Source: Nannocystales bacterium (lineage in GTDB: Bacteria; Myxococcota_A; Polyangia; Nannocystales; Nannocystaceae). From it: 64,000 nt of DNA. Below the pieces are notes generated by a model. It was given only the letters and a program-made list of their open reading frames with translations, did not search any database and had not been told where the DNA came from. The position numbers and the translations under genes are program-made. The stretch covers positions 224,001 to 288,000 of the forward strand of contig JBOEGF010000018.1 of the NCBI GenBank assembly GCA_050633305.1. Direction: 5' to 3'. Shown piece after piece: positions 39,761 through 50,575 of this stretch; the first letter of the stretch is position 1; every line of letters starts with the position of its first letter.

Positions 39761-40397
39761 CGGATCCTCCTTCGAGTTCGGAGCGAAGGGTTTTGCGGAA
39801 CTCACAGGCGATCTGCCGGACCCGCTGGACCGAGAGGCCAACGGCCTCCGCGATCTCAGAGGCGGGTCGAGCCTCGCCGTCGTACATCAATGCGAAGACC
39901 CGGCGTGCGTTCGGGTGCGCCTGCGCGATGATCTCGCGGACTTTTCGGAGCTTGTGTCGGGCAGCGGCTTGTTGCTCGAGCTCGCGTTCGTCGCGGTGTG
40001 GCTGCACGGTGCCGTCGGCGGACTCGTGTGTAAGTCGGGAGGAGCAGCGTCGGCGATCGTCCTGCCAGAGGAACGTGGCCTGCTTGATCACGACACCGGG
40101 AAGCCGGACTTCGGTCAGCCGACCCACGCGGTGATTCTGAATCACGCGGAACCAGGCATCCTGGGCCAGCTCCTTCGCACGTTCCGGGAGCGCGCCCTTG
40201 GCGATCAGCGAGACGACGACTCGGCGCCCGTGCTTCTGCATGGCCGCGTCCCAGTCGATCACGTCTACCGATGCGTCCGCCTCAGGCTTTGAACCTGTCA
40301 GCAGCTCCAATGGGTTCCACCCCGCCACATCCGGTGCGGCAACCGCGGTTGCCGCACCGCCGGGCATCGGTGCAAGGGAGTGGGGACGCACAGGCAT
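39753..40397 (-). CDS. ECF-size sigma-70 family factor
   Basis: Region 2-like AKELAQDAW..D..RR; region 4 HTH SEIAEAVGLSVQRVRQI; coupled to the anti-sigma. Start 40397 or 40367. Confidence 0.8.
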   Translation of the reverse strand: MPVRPHSLAPMPGGAATAVAAPDVAGWNPLELLTGSKPEADASVDVIDWDAAMQKHGRRVVVSLIAKGALPERAKELAQDAWFRVIQNHRVGRLTEVRLPGVVIKQATFLWQDDRRRCSSRLTHESADGTVQPHRDERELEQQAAARHKLRKVREIIAQAHPNARRVFALMYDGEARPASEIAEAVGLSVQRVRQIACEFRKTLRSELEGGSDA

Positions 40398-40441
40398 AGG
40401 AACGGGCGGAGGTCGGAGTGTATATCGCGGAGCCCCGCCAC

Positions 40442-40891
40442 TCACTGCGCCGACTCCGCATCGAATCCCGCGATGCTCCAGGAGACCAGTCCCAAGGCCA
40501 GCAGAAGTACGCTGAGGACGATCGAGAGCCGGAGTCCACCAGCGATCCAATACGCCCCGACCGGCAGTGAAACCGCCGCGACGAAGATCGCGCGGCCTCG
40601 CGGCCCATGGGCTGGGAACAGCCAAACGACCGCCGCAGCCAGCGCTCCGAAGAACCCCAGCCACAGCCAGGCGGTCAGTCCGATGCCAGCGAGGATGTCG
40701 AAGTCGAGCTGGGCCACTCCACTGAGGACCCCACGGTCATCGGCGATGTCGAACATCGGTGCGGCCACCAGCCCCGCGGCGATGCGCCGAGCTGCGCTCC
40801 GCAGGGCTGGGCGTTGTCCCGGGTCGAGCGGCACGTCGAGAGTCTGACGCACAAGCCCGACCGTGACGAGTCGCCCCTGAGCGCTCCACAT
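40442..40891 (-). CDS. Hypothetical membrane protein (about 4 TM)
   Basis: Strongly hydrophobic ORF filling the gap; start codon uncertain. Confidence 0.55.
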   Translation of the reverse strand: MWSAQGRLVTVGLVRQTLDVPLDPGQRPALRSAARRIAAGLVAAPMFDIADDRGVLSGVAQLDFDILAGIGLTAWLWLGFFGALAAAVVWLFPAHGPRGRAIFVAAVSLPVGAYWIAGGLRLSIVLSVLLLALGLVSWSIAGFDAESAQ

Positions 40892-40963
40892 CTCCGCGAC
40901 CCGCGGCGGCCCTCAGCTGGCCGACGGTGGCGGGCGCGATGGGCTGCGTCGGCGCCCGTCTCC

Positions 40964-41875
40964 CTACTCACACCGATACTCAGGCGTCCCGTACGTATCG
41001 TTCTCGAAGGTCAGCGATCCAAGGTAGTCGAACGCGTCCCCCTCGACCCGGAACTCGATTGTCCCGTTCAGGGCCCCGGGGTTCGCGTCCACGAACTCGA
41101 TGCCCCAGTCCTCGACGATGATCGACTGCCCGAGGTCTTCCCGGGTCGCGCTGGCCATCTGTAGCTCGTAGCCCATGCCCGCGCCGCTGAGCAGACTGCT
41201 CGCAGGCATGCGGCCGGTCTTGACGTCGTAGCGAACGGTGCTGACGGACTGGGTGTCGTCGACGGTGATGTCGGAGTCGAAGTCGAGGCTGCCCAGGGAT
41301 GCCTTCACCCGGTCCCAGGCGCTGGTGTCGAGGGCGATGGGGCTGGTGGGGTTCTCTCCGTAGCCCAGCAGCTCGACGTAGGGGCCGACGTCATCGAAGA
41401 TGAGTTCGACGGAGGAGGAGAAGGGGTCGCTGATGTCGATGTTGGCTTCGACCCGCGCGCCGACGAGGTAGCTGTCGACGAGGAAGAGGTTCTCGGTCAG
41501 GACATCGCCGCTCGCAGCGAAGGAGAAGTCGGTATTGGCGTAGAACCGCGTCGTCATCTCGGCGCCGCCGCCGTTGGTGTAGTAGACGCCATCTCCCTGG
41601 AACGCCCAGTCGGATGGGGTTGCGTCGGAGCGGTTGTCGATGATCGCGTCGACGATGCCGACCGTCACCGAGCTCACGAGGGTGACGTTGAGGCCACCGC
41701 AGGCAACCATCTCGTGGATCGACTGGTCGTAGTCGACGACGATCTCGACGTGGGCCTCTGCATCGGCGCCGCCGCGGCACTCCCGGAGTAGGTCACTGTC
41801 GTCGTCGGACGAAGAGAGGCACCCGCCCAACCCCAACAACCCCAGCGTAGCCATGCAAGCCCAGACGCGTTTCAT
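40964..41875 (-). CDS. Acidic hypothetical lipoprotein
   Basis: MKRVW..LGGC lipobox; beta-rich acidic mature region. Confidence 0.75.
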   Translation of the reverse strand: MKRVWACMATLGLLGLGGCLSSSDDDSDLLRECRGGADAEAHVEIVVDYDQSIHEMVACGGLNVTLVSSVTVGIVDAIIDNRSDATPSDWAFQGDGVYYTNGGGAEMTTRFYANTDFSFAASGDVLTENLFLVDSYLVGARVEANIDISDPFSSSVELIFDDVGPYVELLGYGENPTSPIALDTSAWDRVKASLGSLDFDSDITVDDTQSVSTVRYDVKTGRMPASSLLSGAGMGYELQMASATREDLGQSIIVEDWGIEFVDANPGALNGTIEFRVEGDAFDYLGSLTFENDTYGTPEYRCE

Positions 41876-41958
41876 CGGCCGAGCGTAACAGCCGGCACGG
41901 CTCCTGGGGCTGTCCGCTTGTGGGCCAAGACACGAGCCCGGGCCCACAGGGGCATGCA

Positions 41959-44334
41959 CTAGTTGGGTGCTTCGGTCGTGAACTCGAAGACCAGCTCTTT
42001 GTCCTGCATGTCGACATGCACGGTGCCGCCGGACTCGAGTTTGCCGAAGAGCAGCTCGTCGACGAGAGCCTCCTTGATCTTCTCGTCGATCAGTCGGGCC
42101 ATGGGGCGGGCGCCGTAGAGCTTGTCGTAGCCGCGCTTGGCGATCCACGTGGCAGCCGCGTCGGTGTAGGTGATCCGGACGTTGCGGTCGATGAGCTGGA
42201 GCTCCAGCTCGCCGAGCATTTTGTCGGCGACCTTGCGGATGACCTCTTTGTCCAAGGGCGAGAACGTCACGACCTTGTCGAGGCGGTTTCGGAACTCGGG
42301 GGTGAAGACCTTCTCGAGGGCCTTGTTGGAGTCGGAGACATCGGGGCCGTCGTCTTCGTCGCTGAACCCCACCTTGCGAGCGGTCATGTCGGCCGCGCCC
42401 GCGTTGCTGGTCATGATGAGGATGACGTTGCGGAAGTCGGTCTTGCGGCCTGTGGTGTCGGTGACCGATGCGTTGTCCATCAACTGAAGGAGCACCGAGA
42501 AAATGTCCGGGTGCGCCTTTTCGATCTCGTCGAGGACGAGAACGCTGTGCGGCTGCTTGCTGACCGCATCGGTGAGCAGTCCTCCTTGGTCGAAGCCGAC
42601 ATATCCCGGAGGCGCGCCGATGAGGCGGCTGACGCTGTGCTTCTCCATGTACTCCGACATGTCGAAGCGGAGGAACGGGAGGCCCAGGAGGCGTGCGAGC
42701 TGCTTGGCAAGCTCGGTCTTGCCGACACCGGTCGGTCCGGCGAACAGGAAAGAGCCGATCGGCTTGTCGTCTCGACCCAGCCCGGCGCGGGCGCGTTTGA
42801 TCGCGTGGGTCACGGTCTTGACCGCGCTGTCTTGCCCGTAGATGACGCCGCCGAGGCCCTCCTCGAGCTTGGCCAAGAGCTGTTTGTCGTCGGTCGAGAC
42901 GGACTTGGGCGGAATGCGAGCCATGCGAGCGATGACCTCCTCGACCTCGACGATGCCGATCGTCTTGGGCTCGGGAAGCGCGGACTCTTTGTCGGCGTCG
43001 TTCTCGGGCTCGGCTTCGGCGTCTTCGTCGAGCGCGTCGTTGAGGGAGGGCTTGGGCGGCCGCAGCAGGGGGACGTGGATGCGAGCCGCCGCACCGACCT
43101 CATCCATCACGTCGATGGCGCTGTCGGGAAGGTTGCGATCACGCAGGTATTTGTGGGCCAGCTCCACCATCGACTCGAGCGCATCGGGCGTGTAGCGGAC
43201 GTTGTGGTGGGTCTCGTAGACCTCGGCCAGACCCTGGAGGATCATCAGCGCCTCCTCGCGGGTGGGTTCGACGATCTCGATCTTCTGGAACCGCCGTGCC
43301 AGCGCGGCGTCGCGTTCGAACGCCGACTTGAACTCCTTGAATGTCGTCGCGCCGATGCAGCGCAGCGAGCCGCTGGCGAGCGCGGGCTTGAGGAGGTTGG
43401 AGGCATCCATGGAGCCTCCAGATGTGGCCCCGGCGCCGACGACGGTGTGAATCTCGTCGATGAAAAGAACCGCGTCGGGATCGGCCTCGATGGCGTTGAT
43501 GACCGCTTTGAGGCGTTCCTCGAACTGGCCGCGGAACTTGGTCCCGGCCAAGAGCGAGCCCATGTCCAGCGAGTAGATGTGGGCGGTTGCGATCGCCTTG
43601 GGGACGTTGCCGTCGTGGACCCGCAAAGCGAGGCCTTCGACCACGGCGGTCTTGCCGACGCCGGGCTCACCCACGAGGACGGGGTTGTTCTTCTTGCGGC
43701 GACACAGGACCTGAATCAGGCGCAGAACCTCGCTCTTGCGACCGATGAGCGGCTCGATGCGACCGGCCTCGGCCTTGGCCGCGAGGTCGACCGCATACGC
43801 GGCGAGTGGGTCTTCGGAGGTGTCGCCCCCGTCCGCCTCTGGGTCCGCACCCGAGGGGCCCCCGTCGTCGGTGGGGGCGCGGCGAACGAGGGACTTGGAG
43901 CCACCACGGCCGATGCCGTGAGAGATGAACAGCGTCACATCCCGGCGGGTGATGCCGTGGTTGCCGAGGATGAACACCGCGTTGGACTCGGGCTCGGCGA
44001 AGAGCGCGACGAGAAGGTTGGCGCCGGTGACCTCGCGCTTGCCCGCGCCTTGAACGTGGAGCACGGCGCGCTGAAGGACTCGACCCACGCCTATGGTCTG
44101 ATGGCAGGTGAACTCGTCGTCTTCGGGCACCCGGTCCATCGCCTCGTCGAGGAACTCTTCGAGCTCCTTTCGGATGTCGTCGAGGTTGCCCCCGCAGCCC
44201 TCGAAGACCTGCGAGGCGCTGGCGTCGGAGAGCAACGCGAGCAGGAGGTGCTCGAGGGTGAGGTACTCGTGACGCCGCTCTTGGGTGTCCTCGATGGCGG
44301 CGTTGATCGTGGATTTCAGTTCATCGCTGAGCAT
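41959..44334 (-). CDS. clpA: ATP-dependent Clp protease ATPase subunit ClpA
   Basis: [49 protein letters not shown] loop; no M-domain; follows clpS. Confidence 0.97.
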   Translation of the reverse strand: MLSDELKSTINAAIEDTQERRHEYLTLEHLLLALLSDASASQVFEGCGGNLDDIRKELEEFLDEAMDRVPEDDEFTCHQTIGVGRVLQRAVLHVQGAGKREVTGANLLVALFAEPESNAVFILGNHGITRRDVTLFISHGIGRGGSKSLVRRAPTDDGGPSGADPEADGGDTSEDPLAAYAVDLAAKAEAGRIEPLIGRKSEVLRLIQVLCRRKKNNPVLVGEPGVGKTAVVEGLALRVHDGNVPKAIATAHIYSLDMGSLLAGTKFRGQFEERLKAVINAIEADPDAVLFIDEIHTVVGAGATSGGSMDASNLLKPALASGSLRCIGATTFKEFKSAFERDAALARRFQKIEIVEPTREEALMILQGLAEVYETHHNVRYTPDALESMVELAHKYLRDRNLPDSAIDVMDEVGAAARIHVPLLRPPKPSLNDALDEDAEAEPENDADKESALPEPKTIGIVEVEEVIARMARIPPKSVSTDDKQLLAKLEEGLGGVIYGQDSAVKTVTHAIKRARAGLGRDDKPIGSFLFAGPTGVGKTELAKQLARLLGLPFLRFDMSEYMEKHSVSRLIGAPPGYVGFDQGGLLTDAVSKQPHSVLVLDEIEKAHPDIFSVLLQLMDNASVTDTTGRKTDFRNVILIMTSNAGAADMTARKVGFSDEDDGPDVSDSNKALEKVFTPEFRNRLDKVVTFSPLDKEVIRKVADKMLGELELQLIDRNVRITYTDAAATWIAKRGYDKLYGARPMARLIDEKIKEALVDELLFGKLESGGTVHVDMQDKELVFEFTTEAPN

Positions 44335-44353
44335 GACTCGTCCTCACTCGCCC

Positions 44354-44698
44354 TTAGTCGTTCTCGTTTGCGTCTTCTTCAGGCTCCATCGAAGCCATCA
44401 GCGGGTGGTCGTTCTTGCGCGCGAGCATGTGAACCTGCGCCACCTTGGTCTCGGCGATCTCGTGGGTGTAGACGCCCGCGACACCCTGTCCACGGTTGTG
44501 GATGTGAAGCATGATTGCGGTGGCCTCGGTCTCGTTGCGGTGGAACACCGTCTCGAGGAGGCGCACGACGAAGTCCATGGGGGTGTAGTCGTCGTTGTGG
44601 ATGACAACGCTGTACATCCGAGGTCGCTTGACCTTCTTCTCCACACGTTCGCGGAGGACCACCCCTGTTTCGTTCTCGTCTTCGGGTCGCGTACTCAT
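44354..44698 (-). CDS. clpS: N-degron adaptor ClpS
   Basis: HNDDYTPMDFVV, MLHIH..G..VAGVY..EIAETK, HPL. Confidence 0.97.
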   Translation of the reverse strand: MSTRPEDENETGVVLRERVEKKVKRPRMYSVVIHNDDYTPMDFVVRLLETVFHRNETEATAIMLHIHNRGQGVAGVYTHEIAETKVAQVHMLARKNDHPLMASMEPEEDANEND

Positions 44699-44770
44699 CG
44701 CAGGATCTACCAACGGGACAGCCCAAGACCTCGCCGAGTCGGCGCGACCGCTCAAGTCCGTCCGGGTTTC

Positions 44771-44779
44771 ATGATAGCA
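44771..44779 (-). promoter_or_regulatory. Extended -10 element upstream of clpS
   Basis: Minus strand TG-C-TATCAT. Confidence 0.4.
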
Positions 44780-44931
44780 GGCGGCAGGCTCGATGCCTCG
44801 GCCGGACGGCTACGTTCGACGAACTCCTGTCCCACCCGGTTGGGTAGGACGGAGGTCTGCGACTGTGTGTGCGCCCTGCATTCGGGCAGTCGTTTGCGGG
44901 ACCTGGCCATTCGTCGTAGAGCGATGGGGTC

Positions 44932-46104
44932 GTGCCGCTGCAGATTCGAGCCGTTCATGCGCTCTCGGACGTCGAGGCGTCCGCGTGGAATGGTCTCGAT
45001 CACGGACACAGTCCGTTCCTGGAGTGGGGGTTCCTTCGCGCGCTCGAGATGAGCGGCAGCACCGGGGGACCCGCCGGGTGGGCGCCGATCTACCTTCTCG
45101 CGGAGGCGGAGTCCGAAGATGGGACACGTCAGCTCGTGGGTGCGGTCCCGTGCTTCCTCAAGGACCACAGCTACGGCGAGTACATCTTCGACTGGGGTTG
45201 GGCCCGGGCGGCGTCTCAAGCGGGGGTCTCCTACTACCCGAAGCTGGTGGTCGCCGCACCGGTCACCCCGGCCAGCGGCCCCCGGATCCTGCTGCGCCGC
45301 GACGACGACGACGAGCCGAGCATCGTGGCAAAGCTGCTCGTCGCCGCCGTTCGCGAGCTGGCCGACGCGACCGACTGCTCCTCGGTGCACTGGCTGTTCA
45401 CGACTGAGGAGGAACACCGCGTGCTCGAGGAGCTCGGCTTCATGTCACGGCTGAGCTTTCAGTTTCACTGGCACAACCGGGAGTACGAGGATTTCGACGG
45501 GTTCTTGGCGACGTTGGCCTCGCGAAAGCGGAAGCAGATTCGCAAGGAGCGCAGGCGTGCGCTCGCGGAGGTCGACGGGGTCGAATTTGTGCCTGGCGGG
45601 TCGCTCGGACCCGACGAAATCGAGCGGCTCGATCGGTTCTACCGAAGGACAACGGCGCGGCATGGCGGGCAGGACTACCTGCGTCCCGGATTCTTCAAAC
45701 GTCTGGTCGAGCTGATGCCCGAGCGGGTCCAGTTTGCCCGCGTGGGGCGAGAAGGGGACGTGGTCGCGGGTGCCCTGTACCTGGAGACACCCGGGGCGCT
45801 ATACGGTCGCTACTGGGGTTGCGCCCAGGAGATCGAGTTCCTCCACTTCGAGACCGCGTACTACGCTGGGATCGAGCGCTGCATCCAGCAGAAGATCCCG
45901 CTGTTCGAGGCGGGAGCCCAGGGGGAGCACAAGCTGTTGCGCGGGTTCACGCCTTCGGCGACGTACAGCTCGCACTGGATCCGCCATGATGGGCTGCGTC
46001 GTGCTGTGGGTCGCTTTCTCGCGGATGAGCGCGAGCAGCTGCCCGACTACATGAGAGAGCTCGCGCAGTACGCCCCGTACAAGAAGACCCGCGCCGAGGA
46101 CTGA
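44932..46104 (+). CDS. FemAB-like GNAT protein (DUF482/PF04339 type)
   Basis: [69 protein letters not shown]. Confidence 0.92.
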   Translation: MPLQIRAVHALSDVEASAWNGLDHGHSPFLEWGFLRALEMSGSTGGPAGWAPIYLLAEAESEDGTRQLVGAVPCFLKDHSYGEYIFDWGWARAASQAGVSYYPKLVVAAPVTPASGPRILLRRDDDDEPSIVAKLLVAAVRELADATDCSSVHWLFTTEEEHRVLEELGFMSRLSFQFHWHNREYEDFDGFLATLASRKRKQIRKERRRALAEVDGVEFVPGGSLGPDEIERLDRFYRRTTARHGGQDYLRPGFFKRLVELMPERVQFARVGREGDVVAGALYLETPGALYGRYWGCAQEIEFLHFETAYYAGIERCIQQKIPLFEAGAQGEHKLLRGFTPSATYSSHWIRHDGLRRAVGRFLADEREQLPDYMRELAQYAPYKKTRAED

Positions 46105-46256
46105 GCGCGCGGGTTCGGGGCGATGTGTCCCACAGAGGCGCTTGCGGCCAGATCTTCGGTCACACAGCCGATCCGTGGGTTGTAAATCATCGCGAGAACG
46201 CGGCCCGAAATGGTGAATTAGCCCCTTTCGCCTTCGGGCGTGGCATCGTTAATCCC

Positions 46257-48779
46257 ATGGACGCGGCCGGTCACGGGCGCGGTCATCCGAGTTCGACGCT
46301 GCTCGACTCGATGACCGACGGCGTCGAGGACGAAGATGCGCTTCAGGGCGAACGCCTGGAGCGGGGTACCTCGGTCGATCGGTACGTTGTCCTGTACGAA
46401 CTCGGGTCCGGTGGCATGGGCATCGTCTACGCGGCGTATGACCCGCAGTTGGACCGCAAGGTGGCCCTCAAGCTCCTGCACGCCAACAGCCGCAGCGACC
46501 GCGCTCGTACCCGACTGCTCCGTGAGGCCCAGGCCATCGCTCGCATCACGCACCCCAACGTCGTGACGGTCCACGACGTGGGGACCTATGAGGGCCGGGT
46601 GTTCGTCGCCATGGAGTATGTCGAGGGCCTGACACTGCGGCGCTGGCTTCAGGAACAGCGCCGCCCGTGGGCGGAGGTTCTTGCCGTGCTTCAGCGAGCG
46701 GGCGAGGGGCTTGCGGCTGCCCACGAGGGAGACCTCATCCACCGCGACTTCAAGCCCGACAACGTCCTGATCGAAGACGGAGGTCGAGCTGTGGTGCTGG
46801 ATTTCGGACTGGCGCGGCGGACCTCGTCCCAAGAGGACATCCCTCGGGTCACAAGCGACGACGGTGTTGCGCTCCGGCCTTCCATGGAACTCGAGCCGGA
46901 CCTCACGCGCACCGGAGCCAAGCTCGGCACACCGGCATACATGGCGCCCGAGCAGCATCTGTCTTCGCCCACGGATGCGCGTACCGACCAGTTCTCGTTC
47001 TGTGTGGTGACCTGGGAGTCGCTGTACGGCGCCCGGCCCTTCGCCGGATCCACATCTCGAGAGGCCCGCTACTCGGTGCTCAAGGGCGAGCTCCTCGAGC
47101 CCCGAGACTCGGACGTTCCGATGGCGGTGCGGCGCGTCCTCGAGCGTGGACTGTCCCTCGATCCCGACCTCCGCTTTTCGGACATGGGCAGTCTGCTCGC
47201 TGCGCTGAGTCGCGCGCCTCGCCGCCGTGTCCCCCGCTGGGCGTGGGGAAGTGCGCTCGCGGTCGTGGCGACGGGGATGGGCCTCATGGGCTGGGCGGCA
47301 GAGCACGATGCCGGGGCCGCGCCGTGTCGCGAACCTGCGGAACGCTGGCGCGCGGTCTGGGATGACGACGTGCGCGAACGCCTCAAGACCGCCTTTGTCG
47401 CGAGCGGGGCGAAGTTTGCCGAGCCCTCGTGGTTCACGGTCGAACAGACGTTGGGTCGCTACACCGAGGCCTGGTCGGGGACCTACCTCGACGCGTGCGA
47501 GGCCACGCATGTGCACCACGAGCAGAGTCACGAGACCCTCGAGTTGCGGATGTCGTGCCTACGGGGACGACAACAGGCTGTGGCCGCACTCGTTCGGGAG
47601 TTCTCGGACGCCGATGCGTCGGTTGTCGAGAACTCGGTCGAAGCGGTCAACGCTCTGCCACGCCTTGTCGAGTGCAGTGACCTGGCACGGTTGCAGGCCG
47701 CGCCCCGGCTGCGCAAGGAACTCGACGCTCGCGATACGACGCCGTTGCGCGAAGCGCTCGTAGACGCGCGGGCCAAGGAAAGCTCGGCTCGGTACACGCA
47801 GGCGCAGGCGATCGTGCTTGGCGTCCTTCGCGATGCGCAGTCGCTCGGAGCCGACGACATCATTGCGGAGGCCCGACTGCGGATGGGATCGATCCTTCAG
47901 CGACGCAGCGAGTTCGCTCAGGCGGAGCGCAGTTATCTGGAGGCAATCTGGGCCGCGCAGCGGGCTGGACATCGCTTCCTCGAAGCCGAGGCTTGGGTTC
48001 AGTTGGTGTGGGTCACGGGCGTGGAGCGGTTCAACCCCGAGCGCGCTCAGTTGTGGGAGGAGTTTGCCGAGGCCGCCTTGGATCGGGTGGGTGGAGGCGC
48101 GGTGCTCGAGGCTCAGCTTCGACACAACGTTGGCGGGGTGCTCTACACCCGGCGGGACTATGAAGGGGCGCTCGCCGAGTACCGTCTCGCACTTGCGCGT
48201 CAGATCGAACTACTCGGGCGGGACGACCCCCGCGTTGCGACGACGCACAACCACATCGCGAACGCGCTGATGGAGCTGAAGCGCTACGACAAGTCCGAGA
48301 CGTCGTGTCTGCAGTCCCTGGAGATCCGCAAACGATTGTTCGGAGACCAGCACCCCACTGTTGCCGCCTCGCTCAACAACCTTGGAGAGCTCGAGCGCAA
48401 GAGGCAGCACCCCACGGCCGCTCTGGTCCACGCCGAGGCTTCGCTCGCGATCGTCGGTCGTGGTGGCGGGCGCGAAGAAGACGTAGCAGCGATGATCGCC
48501 GGGTGGGCGCTGCTCGAGTTGGGCCGACCTCGCGAGGCGCTGCCGCGGTTTGAGCGAGCCCTGGTGATGCGGACCGAAACCGACGGCGCTTTCGCTCCGC
48601 GGGTCGTCGACGTCGAGCTCGAGTTGGCCCGCACCCGCGTAGGTCTCGGCGAGTACGACGTGGCCCTGGCCCAGCTCGAGCGGGTATTCGAGCTGGAGGC
48701 GGGCCGCCGCCCCGACGTGCTCGAGCGCGCTCGGGCGCTGCGGACCCTCATCCGTACCGAGCGGCCCTCGATCGAGTAA
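46257..48779 (+). CDS. Ser/Thr protein kinase with TM and C-terminal TPR repeats
   Basis: LGSGGMG, VALKLL, HRDFKPDN, DFGLA, GTPAYMAPE; TPR units such as HPTVAASLNNLG. Confidence 0.95.
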   Translation: MDAAGHGRGHPSSTLLDSMTDGVEDEDALQGERLERGTSVDRYVVLYELGSGGMGIVYAAYDPQLDRKVALKLLHANSRSDRARTRLLREAQAIARITHPNVVTVHDVGTYEGRVFVAMEYVEGLTLRRWLQEQRRPWAEVLAVLQRAGEGLAAAHEGDLIHRDFKPDNVLIEDGGRAVVLDFGLARRTSSQEDIPRVTSDDGVALRPSMELEPDLTRTGAKLGTPAYMAPEQHLSSPTDARTDQFSFCVVTWESLYGARPFAGSTSREARYSVLKGELLEPRDSDVPMAVRRVLERGLSLDPDLRFSDMGSLLAALSRAPRRRVPRWAWGSALAVVATGMGLMGWAAEHDAGAAPCREPAERWRAVWDDDVRERLKTAFVASGAKFAEPSWFTVEQTLGRYTEAWSGTYLDACEATHVHHEQSHETLELRMSCLRGRQQAVAALVREFSDADASVVENSVEAVNALPRLVECSDLARLQAAPRLRKELDARDTTPLREALVDARAKESSARYTQAQAIVLGVLRDAQSLGADDIIAEARLRMGSILQRRSEFAQAERSYLEAIWAAQRAGHRFLEAEAWVQLVWVTGVERFNPERAQLWEEFAEAALDRVGGGAVLEAQLRHNVGGVLYTRRDYEGALAEYRLALARQIELLGRDDPRVATTHNHIANALMELKRYDKSETSCLQSLEIRKRLFGDQHPTVAASLNNLGELERKRQHPTAALVHAEASLAIVGRGGGREEDVAAMIAGWALLELGRPREALPRFERALVMRTETDGAFAPRVVDVELELARTRVGLGEYDVALAQLERVFELEAGRRPDVLERARALRTLIRTERPSIE

Positions 48780-48909
48780 CGCGAATTCCGCGATTTTCGG
48801 CCGATTGGAACAGCTGCAGCTCTCCACACGTCGGGCCTTGGACGCCGAGATCCGCCGCAGGTACTGTACGGCGAATTTTCGAGTTCCTCGGCAGCCCTTG
48901 CAGCTCGCG

Positions 48910-50571
48910 ATGCTGTTTCCCTCGTTCGACTTTCTCGTCTTCATCATTCCGGTGTTGCTCGTCTTCTGGGCAGCATCGGGGCGACCGGTCGTGCGCGCGC
49001 TGTTCCTGCTGGGCGCCAGCTACTTTTTCTACATGGCGGGTCCTCGGCTCGATCCGCCCGGGACCCCTTGGTACTACGCCGGGCTGCTGCTGTTCTCGAC
49101 GGTGCTCGACTTCGCATGCGGCCACGCGATGCATCGCCATGCCGCCTTGGCACGCTCGTCGGACCCTGCCGTGGCCGGTCCGGCGCGGCGAGCTCGGAAC
49201 GCGGCGTTGGGGCTGAGCCTGGTCGGGAACCTCGGCCTGCTCGCCTACTTCAAGTACACCGATTTCTTCTTCGCCATCGCGACGGACTTCAGTGAGGCGC
49301 TCGGCCTACCGTTCGCGGCGCCGGTGATGCACACGCTGCTTCCGGTCGGCATCTCCTTCTACACATTCCAGAGCCTGAGCTACTCGATCGACGTGTGGCG
49401 GGAGCGACTCGACCCCGAGCCGTCCTTCCTACGGTTCGCGTTGTTCGTTTCGTTTTTTCCGCAGTTGGTGGCGGGCCCGATCGTGCGGGCGAGCGAGTTC
49501 TTGCCGCAGCTGCATCGTGGGCCTCGCATCACGGCGACGGGCATCGAAGAGGGGCTGTTTCGCATCTTCAAGGGGTTGATCAAGAAGGTGCTGCTCGGCG
49601 ATTGGATCGCCAGCCAGTTCACCGACCCGATCTTCGCCAGCCCCGACATGTACACGTCGGCGGAGGTTCTCATCGCGCTGTACGCCTTCACGCTGCAGCT
49701 GTACGCGGACTTCTCGGGCTACTCGGACATCGCCATCGGTGTCGCGCGGCTGATGGGATACGAGATCCCGGAGAACTTCGATCGTCCGCACCAGGCGCTC
49801 GACGTCGGCGAGTTCTGGCGGCGGTGGCACATGACGCTGTCGACGTGGCTGCGCGACTACCTGTTCTTCCCGCTGGGGGGTTCGCGTGGCTCGGCCGGAC
49901 GCACGTACTTCAACCTGTGGCTGACCATGTTCTTGGTCGGCATGTGGCACTACAAGGCTGGCACCAGCTGGAACTTTGTGATCTACGCCAACCTTCAGGC
50001 GGGCGCGATCCTGTTCAATCGCTGGAATCGGATCCGAGACCGCAGCGGTCCTGCGGGGAGCCGCTGGGGAAAGACGCTGGGGTTGGCGGTGTGCACGGGC
50101 GCAGCGATGTACGGCCTGAGCCGATTTGGCCTCGACCTCGAAGTGGCGCATGCCCTGTTCATCGCGGCGCTGGCCATCGCTGGCTTCGTGTTGGTGGCCT
50201 GGCTCCCGGTGAGCGGGACCCCGCTCAACAACGTCGTCCACATCGTGCTGACGTTCCACTTCACGGTGCTCTCCCGGGTGTTCTTCCGCGCCGAAACCTT
50301 CGCGAGTGCCAAGAAGATGATCGTGGCGCTGTTGTCCTTCGACCCCGCGCACCTCGTGCGTCCGGGCCTGATGACGCCTTGGCTCGTCGCCGCGCTGCTC
50401 GGTGGGACCGCGTACCACTTCACGCCCAAGCGCTGGGTGGACGAGACCGCGTTCGGGTTGTTCCGCCGGGTCCCCGGTCCGGTTCTCGGCTTGGCGATGG
50501 GGCTGCTTGCGCTGGGCATCATGAAGATCGCCGCGAACGGTCCCCGCGCGTTCATCTACTTCGACTTCTAG
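48910..50571 (+). CDS. MBOAT family O-acyltransferase (AlgI/PatA-like)
   Basis: YFKY, LPVGISFYTFQ, FFPQLVAGPIVRA, DFSGYSD, ENF, FWRRWHMTLSTWLRDY, GMWH, FIYFDF. Confidence 0.95.
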   Translation: MLFPSFDFLVFIIPVLLVFWAASGRPVVRALFLLGASYFFYMAGPRLDPPGTPWYYAGLLLFSTVLDFACGHAMHRHAALARSSDPAVAGPARRARNAALGLSLVGNLGLLAYFKYTDFFFAIATDFSEALGLPFAAPVMHTLLPVGISFYTFQSLSYSIDVWRERLDPEPSFLRFALFVSFFPQLVAGPIVRASEFLPQLHRGPRITATGIEEGLFRIFKGLIKKVLLGDWIASQFTDPIFASPDMYTSAEVLIALYAFTLQLYADFSGYSDIAIGVARLMGYEIPENFDRPHQALDVGEFWRRWHMTLSTWLRDYLFFPLGGSRGSAGRTYFNLWLTMFLVGMWHYKAGTSWNFVIYANLQAGAILFNRWNRIRDRSGPAGSRWGKTLGLAVCTGAAMYGLSRFGLDLEVAHALFIAALAIAGFVLVAWLPVSGTPLNNVVHIVLTFHFTVLSRVFFRAETFASAKKMIVALLSFDPAHLVRPGLMTPWLVAALLGGTAYHFTPKRWVDETAFGLFRRVPGPVLGLAMGLLALGIMKIAANGPRAFIYFDF

Positions 50572-50575
50572 TGGC

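Noticed and set aside
41920..44514. 864-aa plus-strand ORF, and similar long ORFs at 6999-9317, 14444-15910, 10443-11939, 28681-30183 and 50552-52552
   Set aside because: Antisense shadows of clear genes. High GC3 suppresses stop codons on the opposite strand, and they contain no recognisable motifs.
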